DNA of 58,623 nt, from the NCBI GenBank assembly GCA_002633005.1, contig NMRA01000493.1:51527-110149 (forward strand), read 5' to 3'. Of the stretch, positions 1 to 11,937 are shown piece by piece (position 1 is the stretch's first letter; each line of letters starts with the position of its first letter). Under the pieces are notes generated by a model, which made no database searches, had not been told where the DNA came from, and was given only the letters and a program-made list of their open reading frames with translations. The translations under genes were made by a program, and so were the position numbers. The DNA comes from Phoronis australis. Taxonomy: Eukaryota > Animalia > Phoronida.

Positions 1-763
1 CACTAGAAAAGTAGAATAATAGTATAGACCGGAAATTTGTCGGAAAAAATTAATAATAGTATAGAATGGAATAATGGTATAGACGGCAAATTTGTGGAAA
101 TTTAAACATAGTATAGACTGGAATAATAATATTGATTACAAATTTAGGTAAAACCTAATAATGATATAGAAGGGAATAATAATGCAAAACAGCAAATTCT
201 AGGGAATAATGATATAGACGGGAAATTTGTGGAAAATTAAAAATAGTTTTGACTGGAATAACATTGATTACAAATTTGCGTAAAATCAAGTAATGGCAGA
301 TGGAAATAATAGGAAGTGCAAAATCTAATGATATAGATAGGAATAATAGTGCAAAGAAGCAAATTCTGTCTGACTTACCACCGCTTTAAGTAATTGTTTC
401 AAAGAAAAATTTTTAAACTGAACATTAGCATAGTTTAATTGCTGCAGTGGTGTATCCATCCATGCCATAACATAGTACAGTGAAGTTACGAGCTCTGAAC
501 AGAGTGTCTCGTGGTCTAGAGGTTTAGAGTGAATTAGCTTGTTTTATGACCAAGGTACGATACCCGGTGTTCGCAGCGAAGTTTTTGTGCACCAAATTTG
601 TATTGAATGAAACAAAAATTTGAACTTGCTCAGTTAAATAATACGGAGAGTGGAAAAAGGTTAGAAAATTAATAAACGTAGAGACCCGAATAAGCGCCGT
701 ATAGACCGGAAAACGAGTCTGAAAAAAATAATCGTATAGATACGACTATTCGGAACTCGAGAG
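1..763. mobile_element. Right part of a non-autonomous DNA element (Tc1/pogo-like MITE) with internal degenerate repeats
   Basis: Repeated AATAATAGTATAGAC/GGAAATTTGT units at 1-360, recurring at 686-745; ends ...ACTATTCGGAACTCGAGAG followed by TA; left end lies outside the window. Confidence 0.45.
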
Positions 764-1010
764 TAGATAGACCCATCCAGTCGTTGGTGTACTCAGTTAC
801 AGGGAGAGACTTCGCTCATCAACCTTTACAGACAGGTGTGCCCACCTGTAATGATATTTGACGTGGAAACACATATATTTATGTGGGTGTCCCCATTTTT
901 GTTCGTGAAAAGCAAAATTTTACTAGATAAGAAAAGTTCAAATTAAATAAGAAGCTGTTTTTTGTTCTGTACTGTATATCCCAATAAGTTGTTTGTTTAC
1001 TCTGGTGCAG

Positions 1011-1147
1011 GTCCCCCTGGCACAGGCAAAACTTCACTGTGTAAAGCTCTGGCTCAAAAGCTGTGCATTCAACTATCCAACAGATACAGTTACGGCCAGC
1101 TTATTGAAATCAACAGTCACAGTTTGTTCTCCAAGTGGTTCTCTGAG
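1011..1147 (+). CDS. TRIP13: TRIP13/PCH2 AAA+ ATPase internal exon (Walker A)
   Basis: cag|GT..GAG|gta; [18 protein letters not shown]...[16 protein letters not shown] is characteristic of TRIP13; earlier exons are outside the window. Confidence 0.96.
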
Positions 1148-1429
1148 GTACGAGTGAAACCAAGTTTTGGTCAATGAGCAATTTATTTTTGGTGCTCTTA
1201 CTATACTGCATACATTCGTGTGTCTGGTGGGACCAGCTTTCTCAGCTGTGTTCCATAAGTTTGTAAAAATCATGCATGACAAGTCTTGGAGATTATAAAT
1301 TGCCTTATGCAAGACCTCACTAACTTCCACTCATTTCTATCTAGGGTTACTGAAGGGGTCATTGCTCTCAGCTTGTTTAAATTATCAAAATACTTCATTT
1401 GACCATTATTCTGTAGCGCCATCTAGTGA

Positions 1430-1525
1430 ATATAGTCACTTACGAGGTTTCGAGAACCAATTTGATGCCTGTTATCAGTGGAGAAAACTGGTTCTCAAAA
1501 TGTTGGGTCCCTGTAAGTGACTATT
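1430..1525. mobile_element. Short (about 95 bp) MITE-like element
   Basis: Inverted ends ATAGTCACTTAC / GTAAGTGACTAT; related inverted copy at about 39433-39535. Confidence 0.5.
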
Positions 1526-1719
1526 ACCGAATATGATGTAGCCTGGTGTGTTCTATTTGGTGTAGCTGCTATCTTGTTCTTCTGAAGACATCGAGGTGCT
1601 GTTTCCTGAACATTCTATTGTTTCATGACTTTTGGCTAAAAATCGGTCTACGCAGCTTTGAAATGTGGGCATACAGGACCAAGACGTGTGCACTTCATCT
1701 GCCAGAGTTTGTATTACAG

Positions 1720-1806
1720 AGTGGCAAACTAGTCATGAAGATGTTTCAGAAGATTCAAGAATTAATCGATGACCAAGATGCCTTAGTATGTGTTCTCATA
1801 GACGAG
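1720..1806 (+). CDS. TRIP13: TRIP13 exon (Walker B)
   Basis: cag|AGT..GAG|gta; SGKLVMKMFQKIQELIDDQDALVCVLIDE; phases 0/0. Confidence 0.96.
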
Positions 1807-2403
1807 GTATGTTCATTTCCTTCTTTTTAAATTGCTTCGTGTGTCAGTAACTGGTGCATTTAGACTTTTTACTGCTGTTTGGTCCTTACTCAGATGAGAA
1901 GCGATTTATTTTTGTATCCAATATTAGCATTGCCACTAGATGTAGAATCTTACAATAGATGGCACTGTCTGTTACAATATGGCAGCTTCCAGTTTTACTG
2001 TCTTGGTCATTTTTGAGACCATGCTCAGCTTATGCTGTGACAAGCCAACATGTAGGCTGTGGGTCTCAAGAAATAGCAAAAAACTGTTGGCTCTTTCCCA
2101 AAGCCCTGAAATTTCCTCCTATTTGACTAAAAAACAATTTTGGGACCAATTTCATAACAGTAGGTGGTTTGAATCAAAACTTTGGTTTTGTGATGAAAAA
2201 GTAGTTAATTGATACTCGCTTCAAATGTGTACTTCGTGAGAGAAAACAAGGACAGCTGTATTTATCTGTATATTTGTGTGTGCATGGGTGTAATACCAGC
2301 AATACATAAACTGCAAGCGCTAACCTGTGAGGTGACCAGTAGAGGTTGTGCAATTCGGAAGCGCAGTGATGTAAGGAACGAACGGTGTGCCCCCGGCTTG
2401 CCG

Positions 2404-2691
2404 ATCGACTAACCCTTGGTGCACCACTCGGTTGACAAAGGCTCCTTGGTGCACCACTGGTTGGTAACTGTGTTAGCCATCCCCCACCCCCGGTTAACAG
2501 TTGCCTGGTAATCCCCCCTCCTTGGTCGACACCTTTTGTCTCCCCTGTCGACTGATACTTTTTGGCCCCTCCACCTCCAGTTTCCACGTTTGGTGCTCCC
2601 GTGCCCCCATTTGGGGCCCTTTCGGCCGCCACCCTTCTGCTGGCGCCAGGGAGCAGCTGCCCTTCCCTGATCCCCACTTGCTACGCCAATG
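2404..2691. mobile_element. GC-rich non-autonomous DNA element fragment
   Basis: GC-rich island ending GCTACGCCAATG (CA(G/T)TGGCGTAGC-type terminus on - strand); internal repeat CCTTGGTGCACCACT twice; other end not found. Confidence 0.35.
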
Positions 2692-3136
2692 ATCATGTGT
2701 GAGTCACGAAAAGTCAAGTTTACCAACCAGGATACAAAGCCCACTGTCTGACCACCCCTCAAGCTGTAATGGGCTATTCTGTTCCACAAGGGATCAACGG
2801 GAGTGATGAATAACCAAAAAGTTTGAGGCTTGCCATGATGTAAATGGCATTGTGAATACAATGGTTCACGATGGCATGTAGATAGGCAGTCAGTTCTATA
2901 CCACTTAGCAGCACAACACTAAACACCTAGTGGAGCCTCCAGCGTCACGACCAAAAATTGTTCGTAACTAAAAGCAGTTGGCTACCACACTTAACGAAAC
3001 AAAGACTGTTGCAATAACAGGTACCGACCTGTCAGAGCAAATTTTTTGCTGCGGTTTTTGAGAAGCTCTCACACATTTATTAATAATGAGACTTAGTTTT
3101 GCATTTGTTTAATTACGTTCACTTGGCTCATTTCAG

Positions 3137-3243
3137 GTGGAGAGCCTGACTGCTGCACGCAAGTCTTCTTTGTCGGGAAATGAACCCTCTGATGCCATCA
3201 GAGTTGTGAATGCTCTGCTGACTCAAATAGATCAAATAAAGAG
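3137..3243 (+). CDS. TRIP13: TRIP13 exon
   Basis: tttcag|GTG..AG|gtaaa; [36 protein letters not shown]; not in the ORF track. Confidence 0.96.
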
Positions 3244-3248
3244 GTAAA

Positions 3249-3325
3249 ATACTTAAACAAGCTCTTGGTTCATGTCTTGAATCCTTATACTTAAACATGC
3301 TGTTGGTTCATGTCTTGAATCCTTA
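3249..3325. repeat. 38-bp tandem duplication
   Basis: ATACTTAAACA(A/T)GCT(C/G)TTGGTTCATGTCTTGAATCCTT twice. Confidence 0.85.
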
Positions 3326-3693
3326 GATTACTATTATGTGTGGTATATACTTCATTTTGTACTTTGCCGGAAAACAACTGCATTTTGTATTATATTTGCT
3401 TGATTATTATATAATTGTTGTTGTAATTATTTGTATTGTTATGTGATTAGTGATTGTTTATCATATTATAATAATTTGTGCAATTATCATTATTATTACT
3501 ACCTTTTTATTATTGTTGCAAAATGTCTACTTTTTAAATACATGTCACATATAAAATAGTACTTCTTGTAAAAATTTGAACTTTACTTTTAGATTGAAAA
3601 TTCGTCTATTCTTTACTTGTTGACCTTTATCTGCCATTTACGAAATTAAAAATAAGTCAAGTGGTCTGTAATTATGTCTGTGTGTGGTTACAG

Positions 3694-3847
3694 GAACTCC
3701 AATGTGATCATTCTAACCACGTCCAATGTAACAGGAGCAATAGATCTTGCCTTTGTGGACCGAGCAGACATAAAGCAATATATAGGGCCACCATCAACAG
3801 CTGCCATTTATAAGATCTACCAGTCATGTATTAAGGAACTGATGAGA
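3694..3847 (+). CDS. TRIP13: TRIP13 exon (sensor 1 / arginine finger)
   Basis: cag|G..AGA|gtaag; [34 protein letters not shown]. Confidence 0.96.
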
Positions 3848-4002
3848 GTAAGTGTTGCCTATTGTTGAGCCAACGTATATAATGACCTCAAGACGGTATT
3901 AACTACTGTCAAATTTTAATATGATGGATAGGTTAAAGGCTTTATAAAACTCACTTTCTGCCAAAAAGCTGTCGATTTAGGCCATATATGGTAGAAGACC
4001 TG

Positions 4003-4245
4003 GGGCCCATTCCAACAAAACTGACTTAGGCAAATCTTAAATTTTAGTAAATTTTAAAATAAGACTTAAATTTGTCTCGATAACGTTTCAAGAAAGAGAT
4101 CTTAAGGTTGAATTAAGTATTTGATAAAAGTTTTGTCTTAATTTTAACTATCTTACCAGATGTGGTAGTTTCAAAGTATGGAAGTTAAGATAAATCATAG
4201 ACTTAAGTCAAGAATGAACTTAAGTCAGTTTCTTGGAACGGACCC
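4003..4245. mobile_element. PIF/Harbinger-like MITE
   Basis: TIRs GGGCCCATTCCAACAAAACTGACTTA / TAAGTCAGTTTCTTGGAACGGACCC; 3-bp TSD CTG at 4000-4002 and 4246-4248. Confidence 0.8.
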
Positions 4246-5889
4246 CTGATCTCATTTTATTTCTTTATTACTCAAATTAAAAGTGGTTTCCTGTTCCACA
4301 ATGATCGAGGCCATATTGGAGGACATAATCGAAGCGTAAAATGATCCACCGTGTCAAGCCATCTTATTTAGTTTGGCCTTGAGTAGCAACAAAATTTTCA
4401 GTTCTTGGTATATTCAGAAAACACTGAGTCCGCATAATGGTGTGTGACTTTAAATTAAATCAGTGTTAAGAATGAAGGTTTACTGCAGCTTAAAGAGAAG
4501 ATGACGAATAAGCAGAAAAACATTCAGTTCAACTGTTTATGGTATGAACATTATTATCAAAACCTCTGCCAGCTGTCATATAAACAATCGGTACCTTTCG
4601 TAAATCTGAATATGAGATCTCCCGACACCACAAAACTTTCCATATTGATAATGTCAAGATAGAGGCGTGCCCTGCCACATTTCCTTAGCCTGATCCTGTA
4701 CCACTGTCACAAAACTTGACACGTCTCTGTTATCAATGTCAAGTTCTTTTAAAGCTGCATTTTGGTGCTTTTTAGCTGTCAGTAACAAATTCTTAACCAA
4801 ATTCAGTTACTGATAGTCAGGGACTTCCATCACTGGCAAAATGTGTATATTATATGCCATTTATAAAGTTACAATTTTAGGGTTAGCCAATCCCAATAAA
4901 CTCTGAAGAATTTTATGTCGCTGCCTGATTTTCATGTTTTTGTTGGTGACGGAAACAGAATCTGACCATTGTAAGGAATGTTATGAAACCAGTTTTATGA
5001 GAGAAAAAGGCCAAATTTGATTTTCGTTTCTTAGCTAATAGGTAAATAGGATGAAATGCAACTTTAAAAATGGATTGTTCTGAAGGTATAAAATGAATTG
5101 TTCTGAAGGTATAAAACTCATTTCTTATGAAATAATATTTAGTAGTTGCAAACCTAATGGAAATTTCATTCAGTTTTGAAATGCTTGATAAAAATTTGCA
5201 TTTTCTGAGTGTCAAATTTATACTTATTTAAGTGTATATGGAACCATTTCTTTGTGCACTATCTTGTCTTAAGTAAGGCATTTCAGCTTTATGTCACTTG
5301 TGTGGGGCTACGGACCTATTGCAACTGTTCAGTCTGAATGATCTAAATATTAAGTTAAAGATGTACCGGTGTTAGCATGTTCCTAACTAGCCTATTGTAT
5401 AGCAGGAACTAAAACGACAAGTTATTTGAATATCATCTACACCAAACAAAGTGCAGTTGCATTCATTAACAACTTGTAAAATTAATGTGAAAACAAGGAT
5501 TCTGAAAACGGATGACCTTTGCATCACACAGTGTTATTCCCAACACCACGTCATGATACTGGACACGGTTGAGTGATTTATGACGGATCGTTCTTAAAAA
5601 CACTTGGCAAATTTCAACACACTTCACATCGTCGCTTTATGTTGTTTTTCTAACTAATTTGACCAACCAATCACAGAGATAAGGAATTGGCATACAAGTT
5701 GCACTTAAAACACGTAACAAAGTTGACCTAAATTTAGAATAGATTTAAAGTGGCATCGAAGGCGAATAACAGATTGAATTGTATTATGCAAAGTGATTCT
5801 GTGCCACTGAAACAGAAGTCAAACTGTTCACCAGGTATGTTTATGGTTGGTTTGTTTATAAATATTTTGAATTTCTGTTCATGTCAAAG

Positions 5890-6330
5890 TGTTTTTTCTT
5901 TAGTTTCAAATTTCAAAAAATGATACATCAACTGCTCGTCACTTCGTTGCTTTTTCGCCCACAAGGCAAAGCACATCTCCTTATTTTGTTTGGTAAGACA
6001 TCACATAGTACATTACCCTTTATGGAAAATGTGACCTTTGACCTTTGATGTAAATTAAACTGATGATTATGCACTTGGGAAATGTTTACTGGATAATTCT
6101 TTGAGTGCATGCACATATATACAATTATTAGGGGCAGAGAATTTGAAAACCGTATTGGTATGAGAGTATATTCCATCTGTAAAAAATCATGCATCTGACA
6201 AATTTTTCTAGAAATGCTCACAATGCTCGCAATATTGAAAGTGAATAACTCTCATGTTAGCATACTCAAAAAGAAGATTCACCACGATCTGTTTGAAATT
6301 TATTCTCTATGGGTTTTCGCGTTCAATGCT
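5890..6330. repeat. Old interspersed repeat, copy 1
   Basis: Colinear similarity to about 45555-45915 (TTCAAATTTCAAAAAA...TCACTTCGT...AAAGTGAATAACTCTCA). Confidence 0.55.
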
Positions 6331-6569
6331 TCTTTTATCTTTCGTTTGATGTGACTGTTAGTAACAGCAGTGTCTGCATATTTTGTTGTCTTTTCACACA
6401 ATACACCGACTTGGCTTGTACATATACATATACATGTAGTAATTCAATTACATGCACAATACATATCACGATCCTCTAAATATCACCAAAAAATGCAGGG
6501 CTATAAGGAGGTGCGCTTGTGTCATTGCTTTTTACTGTGTTTCAGTCAGTTGTTGTTTACATTTCATAG

Positions 6570-6682
6570 GCCAACATTATCAGCCCAGCTGAACAAGTTT
6601 TTGACTTGAAGTCGCTAGAGCTAATACAGTTTACAGAGAATGCAGCAACTCAGGCCAGCTTATGTCTGCGGAAAATAGCAAT
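6570..6682 (+). CDS. TRIP13: TRIP13 exon
   Basis: catag|GCC..AT|gtaag; ANIISPAEQVFDLKSLELIQFTENAATQASLCLRKIA; phases fit both neighbours. Confidence 0.9.
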
Positions 6683-7571
6683 GTAAGTGTACCCGTCATG
6701 TTAGGAACTGACAAACTGTTAAATACATGGAGGTCAGTAACTATTAATGATCTTTTGTGTTGTGACATGAAAAATACTTTCTGATGATGTCCATGCATGT
6801 CGTCTGTGGCTGACGTTTTCTTCCCACAAGTTTTATAGCAATTCCTAATGTCAGTGGAAACTGAGTGAACAACTGCAAACTAAGGGCTGGCCAGACCTCT
6901 CAACTAGTTGCTGCTGTTTGGAGTTACAATTTGATTGCTATCCTTATATGGAAACATTTATGTTGTTTTTGTAAAGCTAAAATAACCTACATTTATTATC
7001 TTCAAATCAGTCAGACATAAATGTCTCATCAAATGGTGCATTCAAGAAAATGTACTTGGCCTGATTTTGCACATAAGCAAGTTGCAAAATATTTCAAGCC
7101 ATAAGTATTCATACAAAACGACCCCAAATTCTCTGTCATGGCGGCTGGGCAGAAGTAAAAGTCATCATCAGAATAGCCTTCTCTCACATTGGAGGAGGAA
7201 GGGGAATTTGTAGTACGGTGGCTGAGTCATTCTGTAATAGTTTTCTCCTCATAGTAGTTATAACCCGCCATTTTGTGGTAACCAGGATTAGCTGTCATAA
7301 CACTGAAATGATATTTTGTCTGACTTCTTTATCTTGTACTGTATTAAAGTTTTATGAATCTAGGAATTGTATGGAAACAAATAATAATATACTTTTCGTG
7401 TATTATAGTTTGTTAACACTGGAGTCTTTCTAGAATATACAACGGTTAGTCCGTTTTATCATTCGTTGTATTGGTGTTTCACCAAGAGTCAGTCACTGAG
7501 TGGTTGCACATAACACTGAAGTCTCTGTAGAAAGTACAACTGTTTTAACATTCCCTGTATTACTGTTTCAG

Positions 7572-7641
7572 CAAGAGTCAGTCACTGAGTGGTCGTACAC
7601 TGAGAAAGCTTCCCTTCTTGGCACATGCTGTATTTATTCAG
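7572..7641 (+). CDS. TRIP13: TRIP13 exon (sensor 2)
   Basis: ttcag|C..CAG|gtaag; KSQSLSGRTLRKLPFLAHAVFIQ. Confidence 0.95.
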
Positions 7642-8488
7642 GTAAGGAAAAGAGTACGTGGGAGACGAATAACTTTAGGAGACAATAGCAGACTTTCGAA
7701 ATAGCTGCGTCATAATTAAAATATACTATCCCGTCACGTCTTTGGTGGACAGGCGTTCAGCGCCACCTACAGATCCCATGTAATACAGATGGGAGTTCTC
7801 AACCTAACAGTATAAACGGTGTTCTAATACCTTGCCTGTTGTCATAGTGGCAACTACCTACCGTTACATAATCATACAACAAACAAGTATTTTGAAAATA
7901 ACTCATAGTGATTGGGTTAGATTATTATAACGGGGGAGAAGAAAAGGGAAGGGTGAAGGACTTTTATACACTTGTTCAGACTCACATTCACTCGATTTAA
8001 TTAACTTATGTTTACATTTACATAGTGTGTTTTCATGAAAAAATCAGTTTTCTTCGTATATTGTTTAAGTCATTTTAAAGAGATGCCTGCAAAACCCTCC
8101 ATTGTTCTAAAGTTTTACCCAAGGCATTCAGTAGAATAAGATTCACTGCGTCAAAAAGTATATAAAATTATTAAAACATGGTTAAGATTGTCCCTCCATA
8201 TGATGACGCTACTGAGCGTGAATAGATATGGTATTAAAGATGTCACTTTGTTTACCAAAGAAGCATACTAAGTAGTGGTATACATAGACAGTCCAGTAGG
8301 CAAGTTAAACACTTTACTTATGAGATGATGTAAGGAATTCCAGAAACCTTTAACACAGAAGCACCAGTTAAAAAAGTGTTCACTAGTACGCTTTTAAATG
8401 TTTTCATCAAAATTGACTTTTTCAGCATCACCCCCGTTTCCGCCAATTAGTATATTCCTTGACTTTTAATAGGCTTTTGGGGTCAGCT

Positions 8489-9653
8489 CATACCGTAAAA
8501 GGGAATACAATTTTTTCGCTGTAATGTTGAGACAAATATATCCTCATATTTTTTACAATTCAAGTGGAGCCCAGATAATGCTCCTAAGTAATCTAAAAAT
8601 CTAATGTTTTGCAATTTTAATTTTGTGATTAGCTATTGTGAAGCCTCTAATGAATTCATTGTTCTGATATAGTGTGACATACACAGAACAAACAGCGGAC
8701 TTGATAGTGAGTCTCCTTGTTGGAGGCCTTTCTCAATGTGAAAATACTGTGATATCTCTCGTGGCTCTTTTTATTGCCCATCTTTCCAGAGATTATTATT
8801 TTATCTTTATGTTATTTGTACACTCATATTTCTGTACCTTATCAGTCATAATAAATGACCTCATATCGCCTATACACGGTCTCCTTTGTATCTCTGGAAA
8901 CGAAGCTTGCGACGCACCTATTATTTTCGGGACATATTCTGAGCATAAATGATATTTCACTCGTTAAATATATTTATGTGAGAATATGGACTCGTCCCTC
9001 TTATACCCCCATCTTTCGGACTGGTCCAATAACCCCTTGTGTAGATTCGCATGCAGTCCTCCTGCACTCGAGNCATACCGTAAAAGGGAATACAATTTTT
9101 TCGCTGTAATGTTGAGACAAATATATCCTCATATTTTTTATAATTCAAGTGGAGCCCAGATAATGCTCCAAAGTAATCTAAAAATCTAATGTTGCGCAAT
9201 TTTAATTTTGTGATTAGCTATTGTGAAGCCTCTAATGAATTCATTGTTCTGATATAGTGTGACATACACAGGACAAACAGCGGACTTGATAGTGAGTCTC
9301 CTTTTTGGAGGCCTTTCTCAATGTGAAAATACTGTGATATCTCTCGTGGCTCTTTTTATTGCCCATCTTTCCAGAGATTATTATTTCATCTTTATGTTAT
9401 TTGTACACTCATATTTCTGTACCTTATCAGTCATAATAAATGACCTTATATCGCCTATACACGGTCTCCTTTGTATCTCTGGAAACGAAGCTTGCGACGC
9501 ACCTATTATTTTCGGGACATATTCTGAGCATAAATGATATTTCACTCGTTAAATATATTTATGTGAGAATATGGACTCGTCCCCCTTATACCCCCATCTT
9601 TCGGACTGGTCCAATAACCCCTTGTGTAGATTCGCATGCAGTCCTGCACTCGA
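8489..9653. repeat. 585-bp near-identical tandem duplication joined by a single N
   Basis: Unit 1 is 8489-9072, N at 9073, unit 2 starts 9074; a third partial copy at about 9905-10093. Confidence 0.9.
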
Positions 9654-11214
9654 GGCACTAGGACATTCCATTTCCAGCCTCACTATTGGTTCATTTGTGT
9701 TACTGCCACAAGTTTGGTCAGCTCCTGGCTCCCATAGGCTGATGATTGTCACATGTCATAGGGCTCCTTTGTTCTCAGTAAAGTTATATTTCCTGCCATC
9801 AGTACTTCATTTTAGCAGCACTTAGGTTCGAGTCTAATCTCTCTTCATTTTTTTTCCCACCCTCTACCACCCTCTCCTTAGGGTAGTTCCTCTTACCCGA
9901 GTGCTGGCTCTTTTTATTGCCCATCTTTCCAGAGATTATTATTTTATCTTTATGTTATTTGTACACTCATATTTCTGTACCTTATCAGTCATAATAAATG
10001 ACCTTATATCGCCTATACACGGTCTCCTTTGTATCTCTGGAAACGGAGCTTGCGACGCACCTATTATTTTCGGGACATATTCCGAGCATAAATGCGTTGC
10101 TCAACACACATGACGAAATTACAGAATGCAATGTACGGATTCTATTGATAAAGATGTTGCCAAAATTAAAAGCTTTAAATTAAGGATTGAAAGAAAAAAT
10201 CCTGATTCACAGTATCATATGCTTTCGTGAAATCGAGGAATACAATGTGACTGAACGGCAGCGCTTTTCTTTTTAAAATTCACTCCGTATCATCAAGTAA
10301 ACATACATTTTGGCCGATATTATGTTTCGGCAAGAATGTTTGATTTGGACGATTAAATTGCATTTGTATTTATATAATTATTTTGTTTGTGATTGTTTTA
10401 GTTATTAATTTATGGTCGCAGTTCAAAGGAGGGATATATAAAGAAGACAGCAATTCCACAGATTTTTTATTTTTGGCATTAACGTGATTGCTCCTTGGTT
10501 TTGAGAATTAAACATGTGGCCATTTCCAAACCTGTATGTGATACTTGCCACTAAATCGTGTTAAAATTTCTAGCCGATGCCATCATTACTGGGCGTCTTG
10601 TAAGATTTTGTCTCTAACAGTAACAGTTCTAGATTGTAAGAATCTGCAGGAGACACCTTTTTGTAAATTGGTAAATTAAAAAGATTGTTTGGCATTGTCC
10701 TTTCTCCACTGCATTCTTCAATATTGAAGTTTTATGTAATGATTGAGCCACGTCATATTTCATATGCTTGCTGCATCATGTATAATTTTAGCACCATCTT
10801 TAAGGGCATTAGATGTTTTTGCTTGCTGTGACACAACTCTAGGTTTTTAAATTATTTTCCATTGCGCTTTACTACGGAGAATCAAGCCTTTAATTTTTTG
10901 GGTCTGAATAATTTCCAAATCAATTTTGGCTTTTAGTACCGGTAAATCTTTTTGAGTTCCTCTGAAGGGTCACCTTTCACCTTGGATGTCAAAGCATTAA
11001 TTTTTTAAAACAGTTTCATCAGAATGGGTCTCTTTTGCAAAGGAGATTGAAGTTTCCCTATTTCCATTGTAATTAGTTCCCACACGCAAGTGATATGGAA
11101 GACATGAGGTCCAAGGGATACATTATTGTAATCTGTATAAGGCACATCACGACGTACTTGATGCTGGATGTGTGAGTAAGCCTTAGCTAATACATGTTGT
11201 CTGGATGTTTACAG

Positions 11215-11307
11215 AAACCCAGTGTAAGGTTAACAGAATTTTTGGCTGCATTGGACAAGGCAGTAGACAAGCAGTTTGAAGACAGACACCAGCTCACGAT
11301 GGACTGA
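11215..11307 (+). CDS. TRIP13: TRIP13 terminal coding exon
   Basis: acag|AAA..TGA; KPSVRLTEFLAALDKAVDKQFEDRHQLTMD*, matching the AVDKQFE C-terminal motif. Confidence 0.93.
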   Translation, partial: KPSVRLTEFLAALDKAVDKQFEDRHQLTMD

Positions 11308-11574
11308 GATTGCCAGAGAATAAGATGCACTATTGAAGAAGATAGACATCAAATTGCGATGAACTGATCACCCAGAGAGTGTCCAGTTGTATTATTGAAA
11401 GATATTTAACAGTGATATACACCACCATCTGCGATACCACAGTATTGTTCCTTTTCAACAAACAAGTGTAAACAGTAATTAAAAAATAACTTTGGATTTA
11501 GTCCTGTGAACACCTGGTGTAGTGAAATTGGTCTCAACTTGTTCTTTACTTGACTGCTGATTTTTGGGCTTGGA

Positions 11575-11937
11575 AACAACTGATAGTGGTTGTTTACTAT
11601 TGAAAAGTATATTCAACCACTGATAGTGGTTGTTTACTATTGAAAAGTATATTCAACTACTGATAGTGGTTGTTTACTTTTGTCAAGTATATTCAACAAC
11701 TGATAGTGGTTGTTTACTATTGAAAAGTATATTCAACCACTGATAGTGGTTGTTTACTTTTGACAAGTATATTCAACCACTGATAGTGGTTGTTTACTTT
11801 TGTCAAGTATATTCAACAATTGATAGTGGTTGTTTACTTTTGACAAGTATATTCAACCAGTGGTTGTTTACTTTTGTCAAGTATATTCAACAACTGATAG
11901 TGGTTGTTTACTATTGCTTGACAAGTATATTCAACAA
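11575..11937. repeat. 40-bp minisatellite, about 9 copies, each self-complementary
   Basis: Unit TGATAGTGGTTGTTTACT(A/T)TTG(A/T)(A/C)AAGTATATTCAAC(C/A/T)AC. Confidence 0.95.

Noticed and set aside
2174-2861. 150-167 aa Gly-rich ORFs
   Set aside because: Stop-poor GC-rich repeat fragment inside a TRIP13 intron
8674-10183. Repeated 60-92 aa ORFs
   Set aside because: They recur only because the DNA is duplicated; no recognisable domain
11575-11937. CRISPR-like array of palindromic repeats
   Set aside because: Units are contiguous with no unique spacers, there are no cas genes and the context is eukaryotic
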